DNA of 64,000 bases from positions 32,001 through 96,000 of the IMG/VR virus record IMGVR_UViG_3300023243_000009. One strand, written 5' to 3'. The notes below the pieces were generated by a model, which made no database searches, was not told where the DNA came from, and worked only from the letters and a program-made list of their open reading frames with translations. Position 1 is the first letter of the stretch; each line of letters starts with the position of its first letter. Made by a program: the position numbers and the translations under genes. The stretch is from a virus. Positions 11,039-21,449 of the stretch are shown here, one piece after another.

Positions 11039-12187
11039 TTATCCATTAATAACTTTAAAGTAATATTTATCATCTTTTATAATAGTGCTACCTGAGATAG
11101 TAGTTTGTATTAAAATCTTATAATATCTTTCAGGTTCTAACCCATTCATATATATATCAAAGTAATTTCCTTCTTCATTGCATGATATTTTAGTAGAATT
11201 AGGATCGAAATCTATAATATATTCATTAGTATCCAAATCCTGCAGGGCGTATAAAGAGTCACTATTTAAAAACTTATTATTAGTATAAATAGAAGAGGTT
11301 TGATAGGCACGGGTAGGGTATTCTTCTCTAACATTTAATTTAAACCTATTAATGCTGTTAATATTAAAAGTTCCAGGATTGTTATTTACAGAAACGTGTA
11401 AATCGGGTGTTGTTATTTCTTTTAAACTCCCAGTTAAGAATGATTGGTCATCCCACTTAAGTTCTAATTGTGGTGGGTATATAGTATTGGTATCTACAGA
11501 ATAAAATTGCATAATAGGTTGAACACTATCGTTTTGATTAAATTCTATAACATCCTCCCATTTCACAATAAACCCATTGTTAGGAATAGAGGTATAACCT
11601 CCTATTGAATTCGAGCTTGAGTACCAAACCTTTACAATATCACTTACATCTACATCTAGATCTTTATTAGATCTTAAATCAAAGGTTTGAGATGGGTTTA
11701 ACAAAGTATTATTTGGGTCTGAGGATCCTGTGAACCAGGTTCCACCACCTAAATAACTTCCAGAGAAGGAAGAGGTTATATAACTACCAAATCCACTAGT
11801 AGGCCATAAATTACCATTTTCAAAATCCGAATACCTCCAACTTACACCATTAACCGTAAAGGGTGAGTCTAAATATGTTCCAGTACCATTATTCCATTCG
11901 CGTGCTACAGGATATACTTCTAGATTAGTGTTAGATATAATCCCTTGAGCTGTAGCTATATAAGTTTTTAATCTACTAGAGAAGTTAGTGTTTCCTATTT
12001 TATTATTAATAACGTCTTCAATTTCACTTTGACTAAATTTTATTAGGAATCTGAATACTTGGGGTAAAGATTTATAGTTTAAATTTAAATTTCCTATCTC
12101 TATAATAGGATCTATCCCAGCATTCATTGTAGGGTAAAATGAATATATAGATGCGTCTTGAATGGGGAATAATTTATATACTGCCAT
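11039..12187 (-). CDS. Putative virion protein, DNRLRE/CBM96-like beta-sandwich
   Basis: QDASIYS..P..NAG N-terminus and PQLELKWDD motif resemble the DNRLRE domain. Confidence 0.5.
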   Translation of the reverse strand: MAVYKLFPIQDASIYSFYPTMNAGIDPIIEIGNLNLNYKSLPQVFRFLIKFSQSEIEDVINNKIGNTNFSSRLKTYIATAQGIISNTNLEVYPVAREWNNGTGTYLDSPFTVNGVSWRYSDFENGNLWPTSGFGSYITSSFSGSYLGGGTWFTGSSDPNNTLLNPSQTFDLRSNKDLDVDVSDIVKVWYSSSNSIGGYTSIPNNGFIVKWEDVIEFNQNDSVQPIMQFYSVDTNTIYPPQLELKWDDQSFLTGSLKEITTPDLHVSVNNNPGTFNINSINRFKLNVREEYPTRAYQTSSIYTNNKFLNSDSLYALQDLDTNEYIIDFDPNSTKISCNEEGNYFDIYMNGLEPERYYKILIQTTISGSTIIKDDKYYFKVING

Positions 12188-12200
12188 TTTTATTTTTTTA

Positions 12201-14036
12201 TTATAATGTTATTACTCTACCTTTAATATCCTCATTTGGGAATTTAACTTCAAATATACTAGGGTCTAATGAAGGGTAAATTACTCCGTTTTGGGTTGCT
12301 CCTTCTATACTATATGCATATTGGGAATATCCTGATAAAGCACCAGTTTTATTATGGATTTGGATGTTTTTAACTGTTTGTACTCCCATAATATTGTCTA
12401 GTAAATTATATAAATCTCTTAATACTATAGGTTGGTTTATCTGCCACCTGTTTATATTAAAGTAATCTTGTAGGGAACTTATACATTTAGCTAAAACCTC
12501 ATTGTTGTTATAATTAGGTAAAGTTAGGATTTCAAATTCACACCCTATATTAAGTATAAAAGCATCTTTAATACTCAAAGAATCCCCTATCATTCTATAT
12601 TGATTTATATAAGTTTTTAGGTTATTCTTTAAGGTAGAGGAAGCGGTAATTAATTTTTTAAGAGAATCATAAGTTAAAACATATAAATCTAGTGTTGAAT
12701 TTGCTTCATTTGCTTTTGGTTTTTGAATAAATGCCTTAGAAATAACCCCGTATCTACCTGACATGCTAAGTGCTCTAACTAAATAGTCATCAGCGGTTAC
12801 ATTACGTAACTGGCTATTGAAGTTGGATATTGTATTTTGTCTTAATTCTTCTATATTATCCCCATCTTGCCCCCCGCTTGCGGCTAATTCGTTATTAGCT
12901 GCTAGTGAACTAAAAATATAATCTGCAGTAGTTGGGTTTAAATTAGTATTTAAAAATGTAATATTATTTGTATTTAAATTAGTTAAAGTATTTGAAGAAA
13001 CATTAGAAGTTACACCACCACCCACTAAGTACCTTACTGTTAAGGTAGTATTAGAAGGGGCAATACCATAAGTATTTGTAAAAATAAAGTTAGTTGGGCT
13101 ATATGCTGTGGTTAATTTATTTTTTTCAAATGGTAAACCTAAACCCACATTATTAGGATTAGGTAAAATTTCCTCATCATTATCTCCAGGCTTCCCAGCA
13201 CCAAATTGAAGTTGGAGGGTAGTAGGGGATAAAAAACGAGTCGCAAATCTACGTTGTACTTGCTTTGTTTGTAATATGTAAGGAGTATCTAAATTAGAGG
13301 AGTTATTAGGATTATTTACGTTAGTATTTTTAATACCGTCAAATATTAATTCCTGTCCTAAATAATCTACCTCATACCATTTATTATTTTCAGAATCAAA
13401 TACATCTATTATTTCAGCAATATTAGAGTTATTTATTTCTACCGTTGGAAATTCTTGATAATTCCCGAAGCTAATGTTAGTACTACTTATGTTACCGGAT
13501 GTTGCTTTTCGTGTTTTCTTTAATAGAAAATATGTAGGTTCACCAGAAGAAATTTGGGCAATTGATACTGTAGTAAGATCTAAGGAATTGGATACTGAGA
13601 AATCAATTGTGTCTTCTATAATGAAGCTAACCCCAGTTGTTGAAGTTACAGTAGTATTTTCATTTACATATAAGGCATAAGTATAATCGGGAACCATCTC
13701 ACTATTAATATTAATAGAAGGCAATAATTGGTAAAAATCAATATTTACTATTGCTAGACCTGTAACTTTAGGTCTATAACCAAACATATATGCAAGTTCA
13801 TATAAATTATTATCTTGACGAGCGTATTGTAAAAATGTTTCTTGTACTTGGTTATCCAAATAAAAAGATAAAACATCCCCTACATACGCCGCTTGTTCCA
13901 TAAACATAATACCGGGGGATGCCGGGGAAAAATCTGTATATGTGTTAGGGAAATAAGTTTGGGAAAAATTAATAAGTTGTGACCTATAGTCATTAAAATC
14001 CTTATTAATATAATTTATGTCTCTATTTATTGCCAT
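12201..14036 (-). CDS. Baseplate wedge subunit, T4 gp6 / baseplate J-like
   Basis: KDFNDYRSQLINF, DVLSFYLDNQVQETFLQYA, GGQDGDNIEELR and RNVTADDY motifs. Confidence 0.85.
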   Translation of the reverse strand: MAINRDINYINKDFNDYRSQLINFSQTYFPNTYTDFSPASPGIMFMEQAAYVGDVLSFYLDNQVQETFLQYARQDNNLYELAYMFGYRPKVTGLAIVNIDFYQLLPSININSEMVPDYTYALYVNENTTVTSTTGVSFIIEDTIDFSVSNSLDLTTVSIAQISSGEPTYFLLKKTRKATSGNISSTNISFGNYQEFPTVEINNSNIAEIIDVFDSENNKWYEVDYLGQELIFDGIKNTNVNNPNNSSNLDTPYILQTKQVQRRFATRFLSPTTLQLQFGAGKPGDNDEEILPNPNNVGLGLPFEKNKLTTAYSPTNFIFTNTYGIAPSNTTLTVRYLVGGGVTSNVSSNTLTNLNTNNITFLNTNLNPTTADYIFSSLAANNELAASGGQDGDNIEELRQNTISNFNSQLRNVTADDYLVRALSMSGRYGVISKAFIQKPKANEANSTLDLYVLTYDSLKKLITASSTLKNNLKTYINQYRMIGDSLSIKDAFILNIGCEFEILTLPNYNNNEVLAKCISSLQDYFNINRWQINQPIVLRDLYNLLDNIMGVQTVKNIQIHNKTGALSGYSQYAYSIEGATQNGVIYPSLDPSIFEVKFPNEDIKGRVITL

Positions 14037-14443
14037 TATGAAAAGCTTAATTGTAATTCATCATTAATTGTAGTATTGGGTATACTATAGTTAATAATAA
14101 CGTTAATACTATTATATGTTAAATTTTCTAACACTTCTATAGAATCTACAAGAATATTAGGAAAATTTTGATTAATTTTATCTTGAATGTCTTCCTTAAT
14201 AAATTCAAGATTCCCTTCGGTTATTTGAGTAAAAATATATTGTCTTAATCCGGCACCAAATGTAGGATTCCCGGGACGTTCTCCAGGATTTGTTAGAAAA
14301 TAATTTATTAGATTATTTTTAATCGCATCTTTAGTTAAAAAGTTAGAAGAAAAAGCAACCTCACCATTAAATGGAATATCTACTCCTAAAGCTTTTCTAG
14401 GATTTAAATCTTCGGGAAATATTTGCTTTGAACCAAATGCCAT
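14036..14443 (-). CDS. Baseplate wedge subunit, gp25/GPW-like
   Basis: IKNNLINYFLTNPGERPGNPTFGAGL motif, adjacent to the gp6-like gene. Confidence 0.9.
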   Translation of the reverse strand: MAFGSKQIFPEDLNPRKALGVDIPFNGEVAFSSNFLTKDAIKNNLINYFLTNPGERPGNPTFGAGLRQYIFTQITEGNLEFIKEDIQDKINQNFPNILVDSIEVLENLTYNSINVIINYSIPNTTINDELQLSFS

Positions 14444-14451
14444 TTTTTATT

Positions 14452-14844
14452 TTATTTTTTCATTAAATTCATTATTTGATCCATTGATACCTCTCCTTGT
14501 GGTAAACTACTATTTGGGTTTGAGGTATCCATGTTACTATTTATTTGTAATGGCATATTATTGGTTGTTGCTGATATAGTACCATTTGCTCCCGGAGTCA
14601 TTCCTCCTAATATATTTTGGATATTTTCTCTCATAGCCATTCTATTATCTTCGGACATAGAAGTTTGCATTATAGGGTTCATTTTACTTGGAGGGGCTAC
14701 ATCGGTTGTAGGAATTCCCATTCTGTTTTCATAAACAGTTTGTTTTGGAGAACGTATAGCTTCCATAAGAATATCTTTAATTTCTTCTTGGATTGCTTCT
14801 TTTACTGCCTCTTTTACGATAGTTTTCAATTGACTCAGTTTCAT
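14452..14844 (-). CDS. Hypothetical protein
   Basis: ORF track; operon packing. Confidence 0.6.
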   Translation of the reverse strand: MKLSQLKTIVKEAVKEAIQEEIKDILMEAIRSPKQTVYENRMGIPTTDVAPPSKMNPIMQTSMSEDNRMAMRENIQNILGGMTPGANGTISATTNNMPLQINSNMDTSNPNSSLPQGEVSMDQIMNLMKK

Positions 14845-14872
14845 ACGTATATGATTTATTATAAATATTAAA

Positions 14873-16261
14873 TTAGTTAGCTTTTAAATTATTACTTTGA
14901 ATGTAGAATATAAGTTCATCAATTAAAATTTGATCACTTGCACTAAAAGATGGTTCTCCTTTTAATAAAATAACTCCTTGTTTATCTTTAGCAATTGCAA
15001 ACCTACGCTTTAAAGTACCAACTTCATCTTTATCTTCTACAACACTAAAATAAAACCCGTTTAAATACGGTTTTGGGGTTTCTATATTATCTCTTTCATT
15101 TTCTTCTCTTAAGGCTATTAGTTCGGGGGAAAGTGATTCTAAATCTGCTTCTAGAGAACATTCCCCAATCATATTATCTATTTTTTTAAGATAAATTAAA
15201 ACTATTACTAAAGCCGCTACTAAAAATGCCAATGAAATTATAATCTGTTTATTTAATTTTTTATTATCTTCAGCAATTTTATCTAATTTATCCTTTATCC
15301 TATCAAAAGCCCCTATTATTGAATAAGGTAAACCAACTCCTGGGGGTACTGCTAAAGGGAAAGCTAGGGATTGAATTTGATTTATAATGCCTTTTAGTAT
15401 AAATGAAATATTTAATACTGCTACCGCTAACGCACTATTTACTACTATAGTAGAGTATATTTGATTTAATTGTCTTACAATTCTATTTCTTTTTCTAATG
15501 GCATCCTTTAAGGAATCAGGTGAAGGACAACTTATACCTTTAGTTATATCTTGGGTTTTTACTACCCCGAATATTATAAATATTTGAATTGCTAGGGGTA
15601 TTAATCTTAATTTAATAACATTTGTAAGTTTACTTATAGCTTGACGTCGTAATATAATAATATTATCAACAGCTCCTAAGGATATTTTAGTAAGTTCATT
15701 TATTCCAGCATCTAAAGCAATTTGAACCTTTTTATCTTCATCCTCTGAGAGTTTATTTATATTAATTAAGCCAAAGGTAGGTAAATCTGTTTTAATATTA
15801 TTACCTCTATTAATTAAAATTTGTTGTGAGGGGGCAAAATTTTCTTTAGTATAAAAAAATTGTGTTTTTAATACTGATTTTTCGCTATTTTGTTCTTGAT
15901 TTCCTACTATTGCAACTTCTATTATAGTTTTATATTTTCCTTGAAAATCTGTTATTGGTGGTGTACCAATAATATTACACAATATTGGAACTATTTTTAC
16001 ACCCTCTAGAGGTTCACCTATACTTTGATCAAATATTCTACCGGAGATTTCATACTGTTTAATTCTAGGAGTGTTTTCTTTTATAAATTGTTTTCTTCTT
16101 TCTTTATCTCGAAGAAATAATTCTAATTCTACATCACTAACATCTAATAGACGTAGTCCAGATTCAGTATTAAGATATGATGTAGCCAAATCAATTAAAC
16201 CTTTTTTTGAAGATTTTAATGCTTTACCAGCTTTGGTTTCTTTCTTTTCTTCTTCAGCCAT
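14873..16261 (-). CDS. Hypothetical protein; N-terminal carboxypeptidase-regulatory-like domain and hydrophobic helices
   Basis: ISGRIFDQSIGEPLEGVKI...TDFQGKY motif; several hydrophobic segments. Confidence 0.5.
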   Translation of the reverse strand: MAEEEKKETKAGKALKSSKKGLIDLATSYLNTESGLRLLDVSDVELELFLRDKERRKQFIKENTPRIKQYEISGRIFDQSIGEPLEGVKIVPILCNIIGTPPITDFQGKYKTIIEVAIVGNQEQNSEKSVLKTQFFYTKENFAPSQQILINRGNNIKTDLPTFGLININKLSEDEDKKVQIALDAGINELTKISLGAVDNIIILRRQAISKLTNVIKLRLIPLAIQIFIIFGVVKTQDITKGISCPSPDSLKDAIRKRNRIVRQLNQIYSTIVVNSALAVAVLNISFILKGIINQIQSLAFPLAVPPGVGLPYSIIGAFDRIKDKLDKIAEDNKKLNKQIIISLAFLVAALVIVLIYLKKIDNMIGECSLEADLESLSPELIALREENERDNIETPKPYLNGFYFSVVEDKDEVGTLKRRFAIAKDKQGVILLKGEPSFSASDQILIDELIFYIQSNNLKAN

Positions 16262-16264
16262 AAT

Positions 16265-17512
16265 TTATATAGTTTTAGTTGTTTTTGATAGAAAAGAATC
16301 TACATTTTTTAATATTTTTTCTATAGTAATTTGTGTAGAAGAAGCGGCTAAAGCCGCAGGACCTAGAGTTGGTTCTAATGTTAATGCTCTACACAATATA
16401 CTTAGGGAATTTAAGAGGAATTCAAATTCTTTTACAAAATTATCCCCCAATATTAGGGATTGATTAGCTTTCGTATCTCCTAATTTAACTAAATTTGCTT
16501 GGATATTAATATTTCCTTTTTTAGAATATAACCCAATATCCTCAATAGATGAAAGTGAAATCGACTTTTTAGAGTTTAATATAAGATGGTCACTATTAGT
16601 ATTAAACACTAACCTCCCAGAATTTAATATAACTTGATTTTTTTTATATTGTCCTATAATTTCAGGTGATGTTGATGAAATAGCAGGGAATGAATTAATA
16701 TCGGTGTTTAATGGTATATTTTGTGTAGAAGTTAAATATATAGACCCTAAATCTTTATTTATATTTTCTGTAAGTGGGATCCATCCTTCTTCGGATGAAT
16801 CAAGAGGTTGACCATTGCGAATTATAGTAATAGGATCTCCATCTTTACTACTACCTCCTGACCAGTTGTTTTTAATACTTCCTTGGGTTTTAGCGGTACT
16901 ACCTAAACGTATAGAAGTTCCAAATCTTCCTTCAAATATGTTATCACCCGCAAAGGGTAATAAAGGGTGAATATCAGATTTTTCTACAAAACTCCCCCCA
17001 ATTTTGGGTGAGTTAAGATTTATTTCAGTTGAATTGTCTGTTACTCTACGTACCGAGCCTTGTTCTATGGATTCGTAGTCTTTTTGTTGTGACTCAGGAG
17101 TTAGAGTTGCATGAATAACATTAGGGTATGCATTATGGTGGGGATGATTCCATAAATTTAAAGGGTTCAGATAATAATACGAAGTTGTGTTGCTTACTTG
17201 ATCTATATTTCTATCTGAGAGTTCGAATATTAAGACTATTTCGTTTATTAGGGGGTAATTTTTTAAATATGGGATTAAGGGGGTAGCAGAAGTAGTAGTA
17301 ATATCACCCCCCGCATTTATGTCAATGGATTCAAATTCAATTGTACCGATACCATTCCATTCTCCATACTTTTTAAAATTAGGGTGAGTATTATCTAATA
17401 TAATATCTTTAACTCTATAGGATTGAATTTTATTTTCAGTAGAGGAAAATATATTATTTGAAGAAGATTCGTTTTTTGTTGTAAAATTAGCAAGCCCAAA
17501 TTTAATCGCCAT
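16265..17512 (-). CDS. Baseplate hub/spike, gp5-like
   Basis: N-terminal OB-fold-like segment (PLIPYLKNYPLINEIVLI), GDNIFEGRFGTSIRLGST, beta-repeat C-terminus; context. Confidence 0.6.
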   Translation of the reverse strand: MAIKFGLANFTTKNESSSNNIFSSTENKIQSYRVKDIILDNTHPNFKKYGEWNGIGTIEFESIDINAGGDITTTSATPLIPYLKNYPLINEIVLIFELSDRNIDQVSNTTSYYYLNPLNLWNHPHHNAYPNVIHATLTPESQQKDYESIEQGSVRRVTDNSTEINLNSPKIGGSFVEKSDIHPLLPFAGDNIFEGRFGTSIRLGSTAKTQGSIKNNWSGGSSKDGDPITIIRNGQPLDSSEEGWIPLTENINKDLGSIYLTSTQNIPLNTDINSFPAISSTSPEIIGQYKKNQVILNSGRLVFNTNSDHLILNSKKSISLSSIEDIGLYSKKGNINIQANLVKLGDTKANQSLILGDNFVKEFEFLLNSLSILCRALTLEPTLGPAALAASSTQITIEKILKNVDSFLSKTTKTI

Positions 17513-17852
17513 CTTTTTCTTTAAAATTTTTATTTAAATTTTCTAATTCTGCCATTAATTCCGCCTTTTCATCCTCCGTAATACCATCGCTACTATCGCT
17601 TGTAGTATTATTTAATACACGCTGTATTATAGTTGCCATTTTAATTAATTGTTCATCGTTTTTTATGCCAATTTCCATATATTCTTTAATGAGTGGAACA
17701 AGTAACATAGCATCACCTATATCTTTAATAAGAGGCTTCAATTCCGAAATTAATCCCGATATTTGTTTTTCTTTGGATTTTTGATTATCATATATTTCCC
17801 CCAAAATGTCGGAGAATTTCTTTTTTTTAAATACAACTTTATCTAATGACAT
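17502..17852 (-). CDS. Hypothetical protein
   Basis: ORF track; overlaps its neighbour. Confidence 0.6.
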   Translation of the reverse strand: MSLDKVVFKKKKFSDILGEIYDNQKSKEKQISGLISELKPLIKDIGDAMLLVPLIKEYMEIGIKNDEQLIKMATIIQRVLNNTTSDSSDGITEDEKAELMAELENLNKNFKEKDGD

Positions 17853-17883
17853 AATGTAATTTTATTATAAATATAAAGGATAA

Positions 17884-18597
17884 TTAAAATTTAGTATAAC
17901 CGTTATCTAAATAAAAAGCATATTGAGATTTAAATATGGTATGGAGTTGATTTGATATTTTTGTAATTTTTGGTGTTTTGACATCTATTATTTCTCTTAT
18001 ATAGATATAAAGTGCTTTTTTATTAAATATTTTAATTTCTTCTCTTCTTCTAAATAACTCTAATATTGCATCTGCTACCTGGGCATCATTCTTTTTGGGG
18101 AAGAATTTAAATAAATTTTCTTCAACATGGGTTACATATAAATCCATATATTTGTCTAAATCACTTTTAGCTTCTTCATCTCCTATATTGTATATATAAT
18201 TTGAATCTTCATTAGTTAAAACAGTAAGATCTACTTTGTTTATTTTTTTAGTATAATTCTTAGTATTATACAATATAAGCCATCTTTTTACTATAGTACC
18301 AAAATAAGAATATGCTTTTGAACCTCGAGAGACATCAAACATGTGAATTTTAGATAAGAGAAAAGTAATTATCTCATGTTGTAAATGTTCTAAATTCTCA
18401 ACTTCAGTATGGTAGAATTTAAAGGTATGGATTATATTTTGAGTAAGTTTAAAAAATGCGTAGTGAATATATTCTCCATATATTTTACTTCGATATTCGA
18501 AGTCAGTTGACAGGTTATATAGTACAATATAATCTTCTGTTTCTTGTGTAAAATAATTTTTACTTTTTGGTTTTCTTTTTTTTGGAACAGTTTCCAT
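17884..18597 (-). CDS. Late-transcription sigma factor, T4 gp55-like
   Basis: KNYFTQETE N-terminus and SKAYSYFGTIVKRWL region-2-like motif. Confidence 0.7.
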   Translation of the reverse strand: METVPKKRKPKSKNYFTQETEDYIVLYNLSTDFEYRSKIYGEYIHYAFFKLTQNIIHTFKFYHTEVENLEHLQHEIITFLLSKIHMFDVSRGSKAYSYFGTIVKRWLILYNTKNYTKKINKVDLTVLTNEDSNYIYNIGDEEAKSDLDKYMDLYVTHVEENLFKFFPKKNDAQVADAILELFRRREEIKIFNKKALYIYIREIIDVKTPKITKISNQLHTIFKSQYAFYLDNGYTKF

Positions 18598-18603
18598 AAT
18601 TTT

Positions 18604-18876
18604 TTATTTGATTATAAGTTGAGAAAGTTGATTGTGGAGTATTTTAATCTCATTAAAAAACCACCCAATTTCATCATCACCTCTAAATGTTTCCTTAGCA
18701 TCAATCTCTAATAATCTTGCTTCCGTATATTCTAATTGGGTTTTGAGGTTTTCCAAAAAATTAGATTGGGATATCATTATGTCTTCTGCTTTTTCTAGTT
18801 TACGTAAAAGGTTAAAGGTCGTATATCCTAAGATTACGACCAATATTCCTAATGTACTTAATATTATGTATATCAT
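18604..18876 (-). CDS. Hypothetical membrane-anchored coiled-coil protein
   Basis: N-terminal hydrophobic helix followed by coiled coil. Confidence 0.55.
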   Translation of the reverse strand: MIYIILSTLGILVVILGYTTFNLLRKLEKAEDIMISQSNFLENLKTQLEYTEARLLEIDAKETFRGDDEIGWFFNEIKILHNQLSQLIIK

Positions 18877-19652
18877 AAACTGTCTAACATGCTTTTTAAC
18901 CCCGAACTTGATTTAGTGCTAAGAGCTTTTGATTTGATATTGGGTTTTGTATCCAATATAAAATTCTTCTTTGGCGACCCCACACTATCTTTAACATCTC
19001 CCCGTAACTTTGGCAACCACTCGATTTCAAATTCAATTCTTGCGGCCATTAAATCGGCTTGATGCAAAATAAAGGGTAGAGATGTACGAGGTTTTTGCTC
19101 TACCATATAACCCATTAAATATTTCTTATTAGCATCATCGTATAAACCATCATGGGTCTGGATTGCTACCATCTCATTGAATGAATATGGAATCCCGTGG
19201 GATTGAAGTAAAAATAACCCTCTATCAGGAACTGAGGCAAAATCTATTTTGGTATTAAACATGTAATCTTCACCCAATTTATCTCTTCTCCACTGATCTG
19301 TCTGAGGTATATATGAATCATGTTTTTCATCACCCATTTTACCTAAATCATGATTCAGGGCGGAAAATACCAATTCTTCAACGGTGAAAGTAGACATATC
19401 AGCACCCTCACTGTCCCATAATCTTGCTTGCTTTAAAGCACAACGTATAACACGATTAACATGATCTACATACCCACCAGGAAATGCATTATGGTATTCC
19501 TTCTTATGGGCTGCGGGCATTAATATGATGCGATCCTGAAATTTATTGTAAAATTCATGTAATTTTTCTTTACGTGGGGAACTAACATAGGTATCAATAT
19601 ATTTTTTTAAAGTATCCCAGTTTAATTGTATTTGCTCTGCTGTTAAGGTCAT
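18873..19652 (-). CDS. HD-domain metal-dependent phosphohydrolase
   Basis: HNAFPGGYVDH, NHDLGK, HDG and HQAD motifs. Confidence 0.85.
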   Translation of the reverse strand: MTLTAEQIQLNWDTLKKYIDTYVSSPRKEKLHEFYNKFQDRIILMPAAHKKEYHNAFPGGYVDHVNRVIRCALKQARLWDSEGADMSTFTVEELVFSALNHDLGKMGDEKHDSYIPQTDQWRRDKLGEDYMFNTKIDFASVPDRGLFLLQSHGIPYSFNEMVAIQTHDGLYDDANKKYLMGYMVEQKPRTSLPFILHQADLMAARIEFEIEWLPKLRGDVKDSVGSPKKNFILDTKPNIKSKALSTKSSSGLKSMLDSL

Positions 19653-19773
19653 AACCTATTTTTTCGTTTATTTTTTATTATAATTAACTTAATTAGTCGT
19701 ACTAAAATTCTAACCAATTCCCCTGTAGGGTTGTGGGCTATATATCTAGTTCTAGATTTTTCGGGGAAAATCA

Positions 19774-19971
19774 TTAAAACCTATTTATTTCATTTGGGGA
19801 TATAGGTTCGTTTTCCACTTTGTCTCTTAATTCTTCTACTATATCCAAAGCCTTATTAATACTTAACTTATATACTTCTATTGGCTCTTGGGTGTTTACT
19901 ATTCTTTGTAGATTTATTAAAGTTGATTCCAAATTATCCAACTTCTTATTTATTAAATTTCTATTTCTCAT
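19774..19971 (-). CDS. Hypothetical protein
   Basis: ORF track. Confidence 0.55.
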   Translation of the reverse strand: MRNRNLINKKLDNLESTLINLQRIVNTQEPIEVYKLSINKALDIVEELRDKVENEPISPNEINRF

Positions 19972-20015
19972 TTTTTCTTCTTTTTTTATTTCTCATTATT
20001 ACCTTTTTAAAACAT

Positions 20016-20465
20016 TTATGTTTCTAAGTTACAAAGAGAGTTTTGAGTAGGCACGTTATTTTTTATAACTTGTTGAATTTTGAAAAGATGTGAACATTTT
20101 TCATATTCTTCATATTCTTGAAAATAAAAAATAGAGTCATTTAGTGATTTATTAAGATAATTTGAATTAAATTCTAAAATACAAGATATATCTACTTTAT
20201 CCTCTGGGTCTATGTCTTTGATAAAACCCCATGCCCTATTAAAAATAATATATTCAGAAGCCTCTTTAGTAGATACCATATCATACTCAGGTTGTTCCTT
20301 TTGAAGAAATTTTTCTAACTTACTGTGGAATATATAGTGATTTAAAATTAACTTGGTAAACATTCCTATTTTTTTATATTTGGGGTTTATATCTACCATT
20401 TTAATAGTATTTTCTATGTTTTTATCTTCAAATAATCTAAATATTTTTTCTTTATCTATTTTCAT
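20016..20465 (-). CDS. Hypothetical protein with UVR-like helical end
   Basis: EYEEYEKCSHL motif, echoed in 36528-36836. Confidence 0.55.
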   Translation of the reverse strand: MKIDKEKIFRLFEDKNIENTIKMVDINPKYKKIGMFTKLILNHYIFHSKLEKFLQKEQPEYDMVSTKEASEYIIFNRAWGFIKDIDPEDKVDISCILEFNSNYLNKSLNDSIFYFQEYEEYEKCSHLFKIQQVIKNNVPTQNSLCNLET

Positions 20466-20975
20466 TATTTTTTAATTTATAATAAACAACCCCTTTTATT
20501 TTACCCCAAGATGGTTTATTTTTAACCAAATAAATAAAACCCAATAACAAACCCCACCCCGTATAACAACTTTCGTTATTTATAAATTCTGAGTTGGGGT
20601 TGTTGTGGGGGGGGGTAAAATATTTCATATATTATAAATATGTGTTAATCAAACCCATCTATGTTGGAGATTATTTCACTTTTACATTTATTTAAAACAT
20701 CGTATTCACACACAACATCCCCTTTATTAGGGTTAAGGGGGTGATATCCCCATAATTTCTCCATTTCTAACTCAATATCTATTAATTCTTGTATTAATTC
20801 TAGTTTATTCATATTTTATTATTAAAAAGTGATTTTAAAAATATTATTAGGGTTAAAGGCCATATCATTATATTTAATATTTTTTCTAAAGGGGTGATTT
20901 CACCCTCCATTTTACAAATTATATATTCAAACCAAATCCCCCACATTAAAGCAAAAGTAAAATAATATATCATAT

Positions 20976-21449
20976 TTATTTAAATTTATTACCAATTTCT
21001 TCTATTGATCTTATAGCTTCTTCTAACTCAATATGGAAAAATTCCCTTTTATTATTTATCCTATAAGATTCTAATTTTTTATGGGTTGTTCTTTCTACCA
21101 TCTCCCCATTAAAACATTTATATGCCCATTCCACTATAAAGGGTCTAATAACACCTGTTGATGAAGAAATCTGTTTTGCTCTTTCCTCAGGTAACAATTT
21201 TGTATATCCTATTTTTAAATGGGTTTTGGGCAAGTCTGGGTTAGATAAAATATAAACCCATTGATCTCCTTCACTTTTATCAGCATACAATCCATATTTT
21301 TTATTGGTAAAATACGTTACTTTTTCCCACCCCTCACCCCTGTTACTAGGGGTGATAGTATAAAAAGAGGCATTGGTAATTTCCTCATTCCCATAATTCT
21401 CTTTTAAAGGTATAAAACCTTTTGCTTCTTGTTCTGTAATTTTTTTCAT
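20976..21449 (-). CDS. GIY-YIG superfamily T5orf172/MUG113 domain protein
   Basis: VYILSN...LKIGYT...ERAKQISSSTGV...REFF. Confidence 0.85.
   Translation of the reverse strand: MKKITEQEAKGFIPLKENYGNEEITNASFYTITPSNRGEGWEKVTYFTNKKYGLYADKSEGDQWVYILSNPDLPKTHLKIGYTKLLPEERAKQISSSTGVIRPFIVEWAYKCFNGEMVERTTHKKLESYRINNKREFFHIELEEAIRSIEEIGNKFK

Noticed and set aside
20607-20615. G9 homopolymer as a phase-variation switch in a small ORF (about 58 aa from 20628)
   Set aside because: The ORF has no recognisable function and neither shifted frame gives an obviously better product; needs read-level evidence.
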